This document shows, one piece after another, positions 8,091 through 17,184 of a DNA stretch of 64,000 nucleotides; position 1 is the stretch's first letter, and the number at the start of each line of letters is the position of its first letter. A model generated the notes under the pieces. It was not told the DNA's origin. It worked only from the letters and a program-made list of their open reading frames with translations, and did no database searches. The stretch is from a virus. The position numbers and the translations under genes were made by a program. The DNA lies in IMG/VR virus record IMGVR_UViG_3300027881_000008, positions 11,009 through 75,008 of that record; one strand, written 5' to 3'.

Positions 8091-9029
8091 ATGTACCGCG
8101 GCATAGGCCGGCCGCTGGGCGCGACCACGCGGGGCCTCGGTGCCCGAGAGTGGGACGACGTCCAGGAGTGGTGTCCTGGGGTGTTTGTGGAGTCCGAGAA
8201 GGACTTCTGTCCTTTTTCGCGCGCGCTTTGGTCGACCGACGAGGTCTACGTCATGCGCTTCCATGTTACTGGACTCGACGGAGGCATTCAGACGGCCTCC
8301 CAGGGGCTCAGGTGGGCGAACGCTTACGGCAACACGCTCATGACGGCGTGCCTGCCCTTCGGCTGTCCTTCCATCGAACGCCAAGACGTCAAGGGGATCG
8401 TGTTTGACAGTCAGGGCGGACCGGGCGTCTACGGCGTCGACCTCGTCGTGACCACGCAGGAGGGCGGTGCGCCCGTCTTTGGTCAGCGGGGGGTGGAAGC
8501 TACCGTTAAGATGCTCAACAAGGACCCGGACCTGCTCAGCGTCTGGCCGAATTTGCACGTAAACGACTTCCAGCCTCTTCTGATGCTCGACGAGACGGCA
8601 GCGCAGAAGGCTAGGATCACCGACTGGCGCGCAGCGCCGACGGTTTGGAGCTGGGAGCTTTGGGAACAGAACGAGGACGCGCCCGAGAGGACCAGGGGAA
8701 AGACCGACGCCTACGGAAAAGGCGAAGGGGTCTGGCTCGGTGGGACGGCGGCGCACCCCCAGGCGCGGCTCAAGCCCAAGGCGCCCACCCCCGTCGGTCC
8801 TCCCACGCCCAAACCTCCCACGCCCAAACCTCCCACGCCCAAGCCTCCCACGCCCAAGCCTCCCGAGCCGGGACCGTTGCCTTCCAAGGCCGGCCTCAAC
8901 GCGGGCACCGTTGCGGGGGTCGCCCTGGTCGCCGGGGTTGGATGGTTCGCTTTCGGCACACGTATTCGAGACCACCTGAGTGGCAAGAAGCAAAAGGAAA
9001 AACAGCATGTCCTACAAAAGCCTTGGTAA
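8091..9029 (+). CDS. virion membrane protein candidate (MYRGIG; PPTPK linker; TM)
   Basis: GGAGG SD; globular domain, (PPTPK)x4, KAGL, TM helix, basic tail. Confidence 0.75.
   Translation: MYRGIGRPLGATTRGLGAREWDDVQEWCPGVFVESEKDFCPFSRALWSTDEVYVMRFHVTGLDGGIQTASQGLRWANAYGNTLMTACLPFGCPSIERQDVKGIVFDSQGGPGVYGVDLVVTTQEGGAPVFGQRGVEATVKMLNKDPDLLSVWPNLHVNDFQPLLMLDETAAQKARITDWRAAPTVWSWELWEQNEDAPERTRGKTDAYGKGEGVWLGGTAAHPQARLKPKAPTPVGPPTPKPPTPKPPTPKPPTPKPPEPGPLPSKAGLNAGTVAGVALVAGVGWFAFGTRIRDHLSGKKQKEKQHVLQKPW
8799..8864 (+). repeat. 15-bp coding tandem repeat (PPTPK)x4
   Basis: CCTCCCACGCCCAAR x4. Confidence 0.9.
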
Positions 9030-9681
9030 CCCGCTCGGGTCTTACTACGAGTTCAGCCCCCACCAGGTTTTCGACGGGGTGGGCGAGTATTACGAAACAG
9101 CGCCCATGAGCGGGCTGGGGTCTTACTACGAGTTCAGCCCCCACCAGGTCTTCGGCGCCTTCGGGGCCGAGACGACCTTCAACGCCCAACAGGTCTGGGC
9201 CGACGCCCAGCTCGGTGGGAGCTGCTTCACGCCGGGAAACCCGAACTGGAAGAACGAGGCGATGCTGGGCACCTGCAACGCCGCTGGCGGGCGCGCCACC
9301 CGCGAAATCCAAGCGGCACTGAACACTCTCGGCTACTCCACTCCGCTCGACGGAAGGTTCCAGGGGGCCACGAGGGCGAACTGGAACAAGTTTATGGCCC
9401 AGCACGGGCTCTCGAGCGCAATCGGAGAGGTGCAGGAGCAGGGTCTCTTGCTTATCGAAGACCAGCTGCGCCAGGGCATCACCCCGGGGCCGGACGAGCC
9501 TAGGAAGACCAAGAAGGTCAACGGCAAGTACATCCCCGTCAACGGCGACTCCAAGGCCGGACTGGGGGCGGTGGCGGCCGTCGCGCTCGTGGGGCTCGCT
9601 GCCTTTGGCGGGTACATGGTCTACAAGAAAAAGAAAGGCGGCGCTAAGTCGCGCCGCCCGTTGGTGAGACTGAAGCCGTGA
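9007..9681 (+). CDS. peptidoglycan-binding-domain membrane protein with two GSYYEFSPHQVF repeats
   Basis: REIQAALNTLGY..LDGRFQGATRA (PG_binding_1-like); KAGL-TM-KKKK. Confidence 0.7.
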   Translation: MSYKSLGNPLGSYYEFSPHQVFDGVGEYYETAPMSGLGSYYEFSPHQVFGAFGAETTFNAQQVWADAQLGGSCFTPGNPNWKNEAMLGTCNAAGGRATREIQAALNTLGYSTPLDGRFQGATRANWNKFMAQHGLSSAIGEVQEQGLLLIEDQLRQGITPGPDEPRKTKKVNGKYIPVNGDSKAGLGAVAAVALVGLAAFGGYMVYKKKKGGAKSRRPLVRLKP

Positions 9682-9687
9682 GAAAGA

Positions 9688-9915
9688 ATGGAAACGAAAC
9701 ACATCATCCAGGTTTTGGAAGCAGCCAACCAGGGCTCGCCTCAGATCCTGCATGCTGCGGGCCGCGTGTTCGGATTGGGCGAGGCGGAGCGGGATGCGCT
9801 GGCGAAGCGGACGTTTCCGGCTTGGGCGGCGGGACTGCTTGGGATCTCGGTGGGGATCCTAGCGGGCGCAGCCATACAGCGGCGTTGGCCGGGGAAGATC
9901 CTTCCGGGGGCCTGA
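9688..9915 (+). CDS. small membrane protein
   Basis: Single TM helix followed by QRRW. Confidence 0.65.
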   Translation: METKHIIQVLEAANQGSPQILHAAGRVFGLGEAERDALAKRTFPAWAAGLLGISVGILAGAAIQRRWPGKILPGA

Positions 9916-9916
9916 T

Positions 9917-10459
9917 ATGAGCTACGTAGGACTAGGAAACGCTTTCGGGTCGACTGTCTCGTTACCAGCAGGGTTCGACGCGGGTAAACTCCCCTATTGC
10001 GGCACTGTGCGGGCCCTTCAAACCACGTTGGGCGGCATCGGCTACGACGTCGGCAAGGTAGACGGTAAGTGGGGGACGAATACGGCCAAGGGGGCCACCG
10101 CCTTCGCGCAGGCTAAGGGTCTGAACGTGAGCGGAGGCATTACCAAGAACTTCTGTCAGGCGCTGCAGAGCGAGTGGGTGGCCTCGATGGCTCCCCCGAC
10201 TCCCTCTGTCCCAGCGCCCCCGGCTCCAGTGCCGGGAGCAAAGGAACCGCCACCGGCGGGAAGGCACCCGGCTCCCCCCGCCGAAAAGGGGGCGGGGCCC
10301 GATCGACTTGACGCCTCGGGTGGCGCGCCCCCACCCCCCGTCAAGGCTGGGCTCTCGACGGGCGCTAAGGTCGCAATTGGCGGCGCGGCGCTCGTGGTCG
10401 TCTTCGGTGTCGTGGCAATCGCCAGCGGCTACGCCGACAAAGGGAGAACATCGCGGTGA
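9917..10459 (+). CDS. peptidoglycan-binding-domain membrane protein (MSYVGLG)
   Basis: VRALQTTLGGIGYDVGKVDGKWGTNT...FAQAKGL; Pro linker; KAGLS-TM. Confidence 0.8.
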   Translation: MSYVGLGNAFGSTVSLPAGFDAGKLPYCGTVRALQTTLGGIGYDVGKVDGKWGTNTAKGATAFAQAKGLNVSGGITKNFCQALQSEWVASMAPPTPSVPAPPAPVPGAKEPPPAGRHPAPPAEKGAGPDRLDASGGAPPPPVKAGLSTGAKVAIGGAALVVVFGVVAIASGYADKGRTSR

Positions 10460-11679
10460 ATTACACAGGAATAGGAATGCCCTTCGGCGCCTTCGGGCGC
10501 GTGCCCGAGGACCAGCCGTGTTGCGAACCGACCTGCGAGCAGCCGTGTCCTTTGGGCACCGGAACGCATTGCGGCAGCGTCTACGCCATGCAGACCATGC
10601 TTGGGGTCTTGGGCTTTCTCCATCCCCTCGACGAGACGAGCATCGACGGAAGGAACGGCCCGAAGACACGCGGGGCCGTGGCGGCCTACGCGCTGGCAAA
10701 AGGGATCCCCGTGGACCCGAACAAGCCGTCGGGCCTCTTCTGCGTGGCCCTGATCGCTGACTACAACGCCTATGTGGATCCTGGTCCCGGTGCGACCGAC
10801 CCCAACGAATGCGCCCCGGGCCAGTGGGGCGCCCCGCCCTTCTGCTTCGGCCAACCGTCGTCGGTGCCGCCCCCCCCCAAGGAGGCTGGCGCCTGCCCCC
10901 CTCCCACCGTGGGGCTCCCGCCTTACTGCGTGACGTTGCCCGGCGGAGGGGCTCCCCCCGTGCCACCGGGCGCCTCGGCGTGTCCACCCGGCACCCTCGG
11001 ACTACCCCCGCATTGTTTCGGCGTGCCTGGTGGCGTCCCTCCCACCACGCCTCCCGGGACTCCGCCAAAGCCCCCCCCAGGGCCAAAGCCCCCAGGGCCA
11101 AAGCCCCCGGGACCCAAGCCCCCGGGACCCAAGCCCCCGGGACCCAAGCCTCCCGCAGGACCCCCGCCCCCGACCCCAGGTCCCGTGCCCGCAAACGGGT
11201 TCTGGGAAAGCCGGAGCGACGGAGAGAAGGCGCTACTGCTAGGCGGCGGCGCTGCTGTCGGCTTGCTCTTGGTGGCTGCTCTGATGTCAGGCAGGCGCCG
11301 AAAGCCCAGCTCTAAGAAGCTCCCCGCGCTGACCTCCAACCCTAGAGGGCGCCGAAAGACGAAGCGCCGCCGGGCAAAGCTGCGCAAGGCTTCCAAGCGC
11401 CGCACCAAACGCCGCACCAAGCGCGTCCGCCGCAAGAAGAAGTGGGCCCAGGCAGTCGACCGGAGCATGCAAGAGCGCGGCACCGTCGGGTCTTTCACCA
11501 AACAGGCCCGCAACGCCGGCTACTCGGACACCATGGAGTTCGCGCGCAAGGTGATGGCCGGCTGGAGAGACGGAAGCAAGACCGTCTACAACAAACGGAC
11601 GCGCCGCAACATGCGGATCACCAAGCGCACCATGTACCGCGCCAACTTCGCTATCAACATCCAGAAGCGTCGGCGTTAG
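10456..11679 (+). CDS. peptidoglycan-binding, Cys/Pro-repeat membrane protein with basic C-terminal domain (MNYTGIG)
   Basis: VYAMQTMLGVLGF...IDGRNGPKTRGAV; three CxPxxxGxPPxC repeats; (KPPGP)n; TM; LTSNP then Arg/Lys-rich domain. Confidence 0.75.
   Translation: MNYTGIGMPFGAFGRVPEDQPCCEPTCEQPCPLGTGTHCGSVYAMQTMLGVLGFLHPLDETSIDGRNGPKTRGAVAAYALAKGIPVDPNKPSGLFCVALIADYNAYVDPGPGATDPNECAPGQWGAPPFCFGQPSSVPPPPKEAGACPPPTVGLPPYCVTLPGGGAPPVPPGASACPPGTLGLPPHCFGVPGGVPPTTPPGTPPKPPPGPKPPGPKPPGPKPPGPKPPGPKPPAGPPPPTPGPVPANGFWESRSDGEKALLLGGGAAVGLLLVAALMSGRRRKPSSKKLPALTSNPRGRRKTKRRRAKLRKASKRRTKRRTKRVRRKKKWAQAVDRSMQERGTVGSFTKQARNAGYSDTMEFARKVMAGWRDGSKTVYNKRTRRNMRITKRTMYRANFAINIQKRRR
11065..11154 (+). repeat. 15-bp coding tandem repeat (KPPGP)n
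   Basis: AAGCCCCCRGGRCCM about 5 copies. Confidence 0.85.
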
Positions 11680-11688
11680 GAGACCCTC

Positions 11689-12378
11689 ATGACCGTACCC
11701 GCATACACCAACATCGCCCACTTTCGAGCCCCTTACAAAAACTCCTACGTCTACACAGGGGTGGGTCAGGACGACGTGCCCGTGGGACCCCCAGGCGGTC
11801 CGCCCCCGCCAGACGATACGGACCCAGCTCAAAAGGAACTGATGAAGCACATCACCGTCGGTAAGAGCGGCGAGCTGAGCTGGAACACCGACACGGCCAA
11901 CCTCATCCGAAAGGCCCTGAAGGGGTACGGAACGGTCCACCTGTCCAACGAGGCGGTCGAGGTTATCCCGTTCACCCCGGTAGAGATCAACGCTGCGATG
12001 ACGGACCCGAAACTGGCCGCCCTCCTCAAGGCCCGTAGCGGGGCCACCTGGGTGGACCAACGCGCCGCAGAAGGGAAGGTGGTCTTCGCCTCCGTGGGGA
12101 TGTTCGTACCAGGCGCAGGGGCCAAGAACCTAGCGGCCCTGGACCCCGGTGACCGCGAGCGAGTGGACGCCACGTCGCGGGTGATGCCCATCGTCGCCCT
12201 GCCTGGCGCCGTCACTCCCCCCACTCCTACGCCAGGAAAGGTTACCCCCACCTCGAAGGCTTCGATCTTCGACAGTCCGACGGCGTTGGCCGTGGGAGTC
12301 GTGGTGGTGGGCACCGTTTCTTTCGTCGTTTACAAGGGCTTCCAGAGTAAGAAGAAGCTCCCCCCCCTCAAGGTTTGA
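11689..12378 (+). CDS. C-terminally anchored membrane protein, paralogue family member 1
   Basis: AGGAG SD; YTGVG motif; Pro/Thr linker; TM; KKK tail. Confidence 0.75.
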   Translation: MTVPAYTNIAHFRAPYKNSYVYTGVGQDDVPVGPPGGPPPPDDTDPAQKELMKHITVGKSGELSWNTDTANLIRKALKGYGTVHLSNEAVEVIPFTPVEINAAMTDPKLAALLKARSGATWVDQRAAEGKVVFASVGMFVPGAGAKNLAALDPGDRERVDATSRVMPIVALPGAVTPPTPTPGKVTPTSKASIFDSPTALAVGVVVVGTVSFVVYKGFQSKKKLPPLKV

Positions 12379-12381
12379 GCC

Positions 12382-13596
12382 ATGGCGTCCCTATCCTCCA
12401 CATCTCGCGCGTCGGACTCCGCTAAGGACGCGGCTGCCCTAGTCGGCCAACTCGTTCAGGTGCGGGCGGAGGGGGCGGCTACGGGGAGCCAAGACGCTGC
12501 GGTCGACGCGGCCATCGGGACCGACTCGAGCCATTGGAGGAAGAATGTGCGCGCCACGTTGGGCCAAACCGTGGCCCAGTCGGGGCGCCAGCAAGCGGCC
12601 GTGACTGCCGGGTACGTGGCGGATACTCTCCGAGGGTCGACGAACATTCCTCAACCCACCGTGGTCGCTATTTTGCGCGCGGACCTAGAGCGAGCCGAGA
12701 GAGAGGTCACCGACGCGGCGGCCGGTGCTTCGCGCTACCAACTGCCGCGCGACTTTGCGAGGGTAAAAATGAAAAACGAAATGACCTCAGAATCAATAGC
12801 TCCAAGCCAGACGGTCGCCACGGCGCGCCTCATCACCCGGCCGTCCACGGTCGCGCTCACCTATCCGGCCACCACCTCAGTACCTTATCCAGGCCCCACA
12901 TCAGACCCCATCGTGGGCGCCAACGGGGGGCTAATCCCCAACGGCAATGGGGGGAGCGACGTCGCTGGGCCCGACCTCAATGGGTTCGAGACCCTCTTCC
13001 CCGGGGGCTTCGCCGCTGGCGTCGTCGAGCCGGCGACGTGCAACGGATTATCCTACATGCGCATCGCTCCAGGTCACGCCGCGGCGGTCGCGCAGACGCT
13101 GAGCCAAGCGATGGCGACCCCCGACTTCTGCTCGGTCGTGCAGTGCCCCCCGGGCAAAGACGGCAAGATCAGCTCGGTGTTCTGTATGGCGGACGCCGAA
13201 GCCATAGCGGCCAACGAGGCGCAGCCGGTCGGACCTCTGCTAGCGAAGCTCCGGGCCGAAGGTCGCGCCTGCGTGCTCATCGCAGCTGAGCCCTTTGGCA
13301 CCTGCCTCGCCGGCGTTCCCCCTACGGGCCTCCCTGACATCGCGGGGAAAGGGTTCCACGCCGTGGTGCTGAGCGAGCCGACGGGGGGCTGGCAGCCGCC
13401 GTGCGGCGGTGCGCCGGTTCCCAAGCCTCCCGCTCCACCGACCCCCACCGCCACAGCGGGGATGAGCACGGGCACGAAGCTCCTCTTGGGGGGGATCGGC
13501 CTGGGCCTGGTGGGCACCGTGGTCTACCTAGCCACCCGCGACATGAAGAAGAAGTCGCCCTCCCTCACCTCCAACCGCCGCCGCCGACGTAGCTGA
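12382..13596 (+). CDS. C-terminally anchored membrane protein, paralogue family member 2
   Basis: Pro linker; AGMS-TM; tail ending LTSNRRRRRS. Confidence 0.75.
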   Translation: MASLSSTSRASDSAKDAAALVGQLVQVRAEGAATGSQDAAVDAAIGTDSSHWRKNVRATLGQTVAQSGRQQAAVTAGYVADTLRGSTNIPQPTVVAILRADLERAEREVTDAAAGASRYQLPRDFARVKMKNEMTSESIAPSQTVATARLITRPSTVALTYPATTSVPYPGPTSDPIVGANGGLIPNGNGGSDVAGPDLNGFETLFPGGFAAGVVEPATCNGLSYMRIAPGHAAAVAQTLSQAMATPDFCSVVQCPPGKDGKISSVFCMADAEAIAANEAQPVGPLLAKLRAEGRACVLIAAEPFGTCLAGVPPTGLPDIAGKGFHAVVLSEPTGGWQPPCGGAPVPKPPAPPTPTATAGMSTGTKLLLGGIGLGLVGTVVYLATRDMKKKSPSLTSNRRRRRS

Positions 13597-13608
13597 TGAA
13601 GGAGTGAG

Positions 13609-14235
13609 GTGAATGTGCATGGGATTGCTGGCATCCAGGGGCTCGGCCAAACGGCGGACCCGAACGCGCGCTTGGGCGCTGCCATGCATTCCGTGGAGCT
13701 TCTCGGACACCAACGCTTTGCCATAAGGCCGAAAGACCGCGACGCGGTCGTCGAGTCCCTGCGGGGGTGGACCCTGGTTAAGACGCTCGACCACGCGGGG
13801 ATAGCGTTCGCGGCTGCCAAACGTGAGGCCCCAGGCGCGTCCCTCTACGAGTGGGCCAGCGGCCAGAACGATACCGGCCGGGGGATCCTTCTGCGGGGAA
13901 ACCCCTTCGCCACGGCACCCAACTCGGAGCTGATGGCGTACGCCACCCGGTACTGGGACCTGGGCTTCGCGGGGCCCGCCGTACCCTACATCCTGCTAGA
14001 CCCTCCCCGGGGGTGGCGCCATAGCAACCTGCCGGACGCCAACGACGACCCTCGGCCGCCCACGTCCCAGGCGGGTGTTGCCTCGGGGCCTAGGTTGGTC
14101 TTCGCGGTGCTCGCCTTCGCCACTGTTGGCTTTTTCGTCTGGGCCTTGGGAAGAACAAAGGGCGCCACCCGAAGCACCTCAGTCAGCACAGGCTCCCGCG
14201 GGGCGCCTCGTTTGAGCCTGACCTGGCCGGCTTGA
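13609..14235 (+). CDS. C-terminally anchored membrane protein, paralogue family member 3
   Basis: AAGGAG SD; IQGLG motif; TM near the C-terminus. Confidence 0.75.
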   Translation: MNVHGIAGIQGLGQTADPNARLGAAMHSVELLGHQRFAIRPKDRDAVVESLRGWTLVKTLDHAGIAFAAAKREAPGASLYEWASGQNDTGRGILLRGNPFATAPNSELMAYATRYWDLGFAGPAVPYILLDPPRGWRHSNLPDANDDPRPPTSQAGVASGPRLVFAVLAFATVGFFVWALGRTKGATRSTSVSTGSRGAPRLSLTWPA

Positions 14236-14265
14236 GCATATCCAGGTAGAAAGAGAAGACTACAA

Positions 14266-14982
14266 ATGCACATCATCGACCGACAACCCGAGCGACACTG
14301 GGGCTCCTACCAGTCCGTTGACCACGGCTACGACAACCGCGTACGCGAGGTGGCCATGGGGACGCCCCCAAGTTTGCCCCCACTGCCGGGGTCGACGCCC
14401 GACCTTAGCGCCCTTGTATCCCCAGAGGTGCGGGGTCAACTCCAGTTCGTCCGCGCCGACCTCCAGCCCCACCTGGTGGCCGCGCTGAACATGACCGACT
14501 TCGTGCCTACGAGCGGGCCCCATGTGACCCAGGGGACGATCCAGCTCACGACTAGCGTGGTGGGCCAGAATTGGCTCCAAGCCGAAGTGGGAGCCGGCGG
14601 GGCCGTCATGGTGGACATCCTCAGCGTCACTCAGGGCCCCGTTACGCCCTCGGGCGGCGCCGCGGGTCCGATGTTCGTGTTGAGCAAGGACCCCCAGGAG
14701 ATCGCCCGCTTCGCGCGGCCAGGTGGTCCTCTCTTGATCGTAGCCATCGCGCCAGGGATGGAGGCCGCTGCCCAGCAGGCGGTTCCCCCCACGCCAGTTC
14801 CCGTGGTCCCGCCGCCCCCGGGCCGGCCCGTGCCCCCTCCGCCAGGGCCGCGCCCCGGTGGACCTCCGGCCCCTCCGCCGCCGTCGGAACTCCCTCCAGC
14901 AGCTATGGTGGGGGGCGGCGTTCTCATCTTGGGCCTCGTCGGCCTCGCCACCTATATGGTCTACACGAGCCGAAGGAAGTAG
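14266..14982 (+). CDS. C-terminally anchored membrane protein, paralogue family member 4
   Basis: Pro-rich linker; TM; SRRK end. Confidence 0.75.
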   Translation: MHIIDRQPERHWGSYQSVDHGYDNRVREVAMGTPPSLPPLPGSTPDLSALVSPEVRGQLQFVRADLQPHLVAALNMTDFVPTSGPHVTQGTIQLTTSVVGQNWLQAEVGAGGAVMVDILSVTQGPVTPSGGAAGPMFVLSKDPQEIARFARPGGPLLIVAIAPGMEAAAQQAVPPTPVPVVPPPPGRPVPPPPGPRPGGPPAPPPPSELPPAAMVGGGVLILGLVGLATYMVYTSRRK

Positions 14983-14988
14983 CCACCC

Positions 14989-15612
14989 GTGATCCAACAG
15001 TTTCTCGGTCAGTTGTTTGGGCAAGCGGCCCAACACGCGGCGCGCCACGGCGGTCTGGAGGACCCCGAGGTACGTCGCGGGTTGCAGGTATTGGGGAATA
15101 TCCAGCAGCACCTCTACGGCCGCTGGCTTCAGGCTCGGTCTACGCGGGTGGCCTGTTCGATCCGCCTCAACCACCCTCAGCACGGGGTGCTCCGCTGCGC
15201 AGAGTCGATGGCTGGCCTGTGCACCGCGTGCGACAATCCCGTGTGCATCGAACACGCTGCCGTCGTGGTGGCGACGGGCGACCCGGTGTGCTTCGCGTGC
15301 ATCGACCTGGCGCGCGCTGCGGTCACCGAGCGCGGACACGCTGTGCCGCCCGGCTCGTCGACCGGCGCGGCTGACGAGATAGACGCCAAGCAACGGACGA
15401 AGCTGCGGCGCAAGTACCTTCGGCGCCTCGGACTGAAAGCCAACGCCGACCAGGCTCAGATAAACGCGGCCTTCAAGAAGAAAGCCGCAGCGGCTCACCC
15501 GGATAAGGCGGCTCCTGGTCCGGCCAGGGACCGAGCGCATGAGCGCTTCGTCGAGCTCGGGCGTGCCCGCGAGTGGCTGCTCGAGGACTTGGAAAAGAGG
15601 GAGGCAGCGTGA
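14989..15612 (+). CDS. zinc-finger plus C-terminal J-domain protein
   Basis: CxxC..CxxH..CxxC cluster; LGL...INAAFKKKAAAAHPDK...FVELGRAREWL (HPD motif). Confidence 0.85.
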   Translation: MIQQFLGQLFGQAAQHAARHGGLEDPEVRRGLQVLGNIQQHLYGRWLQARSTRVACSIRLNHPQHGVLRCAESMAGLCTACDNPVCIEHAAVVVATGDPVCFACIDLARAAVTERGHAVPPGSSTGAADEIDAKQRTKLRRKYLRRLGLKANADQAQINAAFKKKAAAAHPDKAAPGPARDRAHERFVELGRAREWLLEDLEKREAA

Positions 15613-15995
15613 CGAAACGCCGTGCCGAGCTAAAGGATAGTCTGCGCGCAGCGGCCATGTTCCGCGTGTTCCAGCCACTGGACGCGGCGGGGATCGCGCC
15701 GGTTCCCGCACCCATAGGCGTCACCAACTGGGCGGTCTTCGACATCGAGGGATATACGCCCTCGGACGCCGTTGTGACACGCCTCGACGAGCTGGGAATA
15801 GCGACTCTCGATTACGAGCCCCAGCGCGACGACGCCGAGGCGCCTGACGACTTCGACGACTCAGACGCGGCGATTGAAGCGCTTTTGGACGGTTGGTGGC
15901 TGTGCGTCGTGCCCGATACTCTGCGGTCTCCCTATTCCCGCCTCCTGGTGGTGGAGCGGGTGACCCCACCTTCCCGCATAGGAGCGAAACCGTGA
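15609..15995 (+). CDS. hypothetical protein
   Basis: GTGA overlaps at both ends; GGAGG SD. Confidence 0.6.
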   Translation: MTKRRAELKDSLRAAAMFRVFQPLDAAGIAPVPAPIGVTNWAVFDIEGYTPSDAVVTRLDELGIATLDYEPQRDDAEAPDDFDDSDAAIEALLDGWWLCVVPDTLRSPYSRLLVVERVTPPSRIGAKP

Positions 15996-16519
15996 AGTAC
16001 GAATTGTTTTACGCGACCGGCGGCCATGGCGGTCCCTACGAGGGAAAGGCCGCGGCCTTGGAGGCAGCACGCAGACTCGTCGGCGGTGCTAACGGCAGCT
16101 ACATCGACGTCGTCCCCTACTCCCAGCCCTGGGAAGCGACCCCGGTGCGTGACCTGCACCTCCTGCGGGGTGTCGAGCGCGTGTACGCTGCACCTGACGG
16201 CTGGTATTCTGAGGAGTACGAGACTCTAGCCGACAAGATGTTCGCGGAGCGGAACCCAGGCGCGAGAGCGGCGGAGTCCATCTACGTCATGAAGGCCGGG
16301 GAGGGCAACTACTACGCTCGCCGCACCACCAAGCCTCCGAAGTACCTGCGCTGGGAGTTGCAGCTACCCGACCCGCGCTCGTGGGGAGGCGGGATGAAAA
16401 GGGCGCACTACCGCCCGGCCGGCGGAAAGCTCTACTCACGCTCCGGTCTCAGCGCGCGCTTCGAGACCCTCAAAGAGATTAAGAAAGCCTACCCCGGCGA
16501 CTGGCGGAAGGTCCAATGA
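15992..16519 (+). CDS. two-domain hypothetical protein joined by ERNPG
   Basis: AGGAG SD; GTGA overlap. Confidence 0.65.
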   Translation: MKYELFYATGGHGGPYEGKAAALEAARRLVGGANGSYIDVVPYSQPWEATPVRDLHLLRGVERVYAAPDGWYSEEYETLADKMFAERNPGARAAESIYVMKAGEGNYYARRTTKPPKYLRWELQLPDPRSWGGGMKRAHYRPAGGKLYSRSGLSARFETLKEIKKAYPGDWRKVQ

Positions 16520-16794
16520 CCTACTCCCACCAGCAGCAGCAGCAGCACCAGCCCTACGGCCAAATCCCTGGTCTCCCCGTCCCCGGCGCTCCGGTGGGGG
16601 ACGAGGTCTTGAAGGACGTCTCGGTGCGAGCGTTCGAGCATATCTGGCCGCTAATGGAGACGCGCCTCGACGAGAAGCTCGCGCGGGAGCGGTACGTGAC
16701 GTTTGCGATGAGCGGGCTCGCCATGGCGGGATATTTTGCACTGCTGTGGGCGGTGGGCGTCAAGCTCCCGTGGCAGCGGAAATGGCGACGATAG
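16516..16794 (+). CDS. small membrane protein
   Basis: Poly-Q N-terminus, TM, basic C-terminus. Confidence 0.7.
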   Translation: MTYSHQQQQQHQPYGQIPGLPVPGAPVGDEVLKDVSVRAFEHIWPLMETRLDEKLARERYVTFAMSGLAMAGYFALLWAVGVKLPWQRKWRR

Positions 16795-17184
16795 ATGGCA
16801 TCGTACCGACCCAACTACTGGAACAACTACCCCGAGCCTTTCTACGCGGACTGGCAGCAGGAACCGATCCCCGGGTGGGGCGCCCGCCCGGTCATGGCGG
16901 GCCCAGCTCGCGTGGGGGTGGGCGCCATGATCAGCTTGGCCAAAGAGCAGAAGCTTTCGTCGCACCTTACGTTGGCCAGGATAAAGCCCCACACGTTGGC
17001 CAGGATAAATCCCCACGCGATTGTGCGGCTGCCCGGATTCGTGGGAAAGCCGCCGGCCGACGAGGGAGGAGGCGGAACCACCCCTTCAGAGCCGTCGTCC
17101 GGTCTGCGCTGGTTTATCGCGGGTGCGCTCGTCTTGTCGGTCGGCGGCATCGGCTTCTACCGTGGATGGAAGGGAAAGCGATGA
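16795..17184 (+). CDS. C-terminally anchored membrane protein
   Basis: YRPN and VGVG motifs; TM then YRGWKGKR. Confidence 0.7.
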   Translation: MASYRPNYWNNYPEPFYADWQQEPIPGWGARPVMAGPARVGVGAMISLAKEQKLSSHLTLARIKPHTLARINPHAIVRLPGFVGKPPADEGGGGTTPSEPSSGLRWFIAGALVLSVGGIGFYRGWKGKR

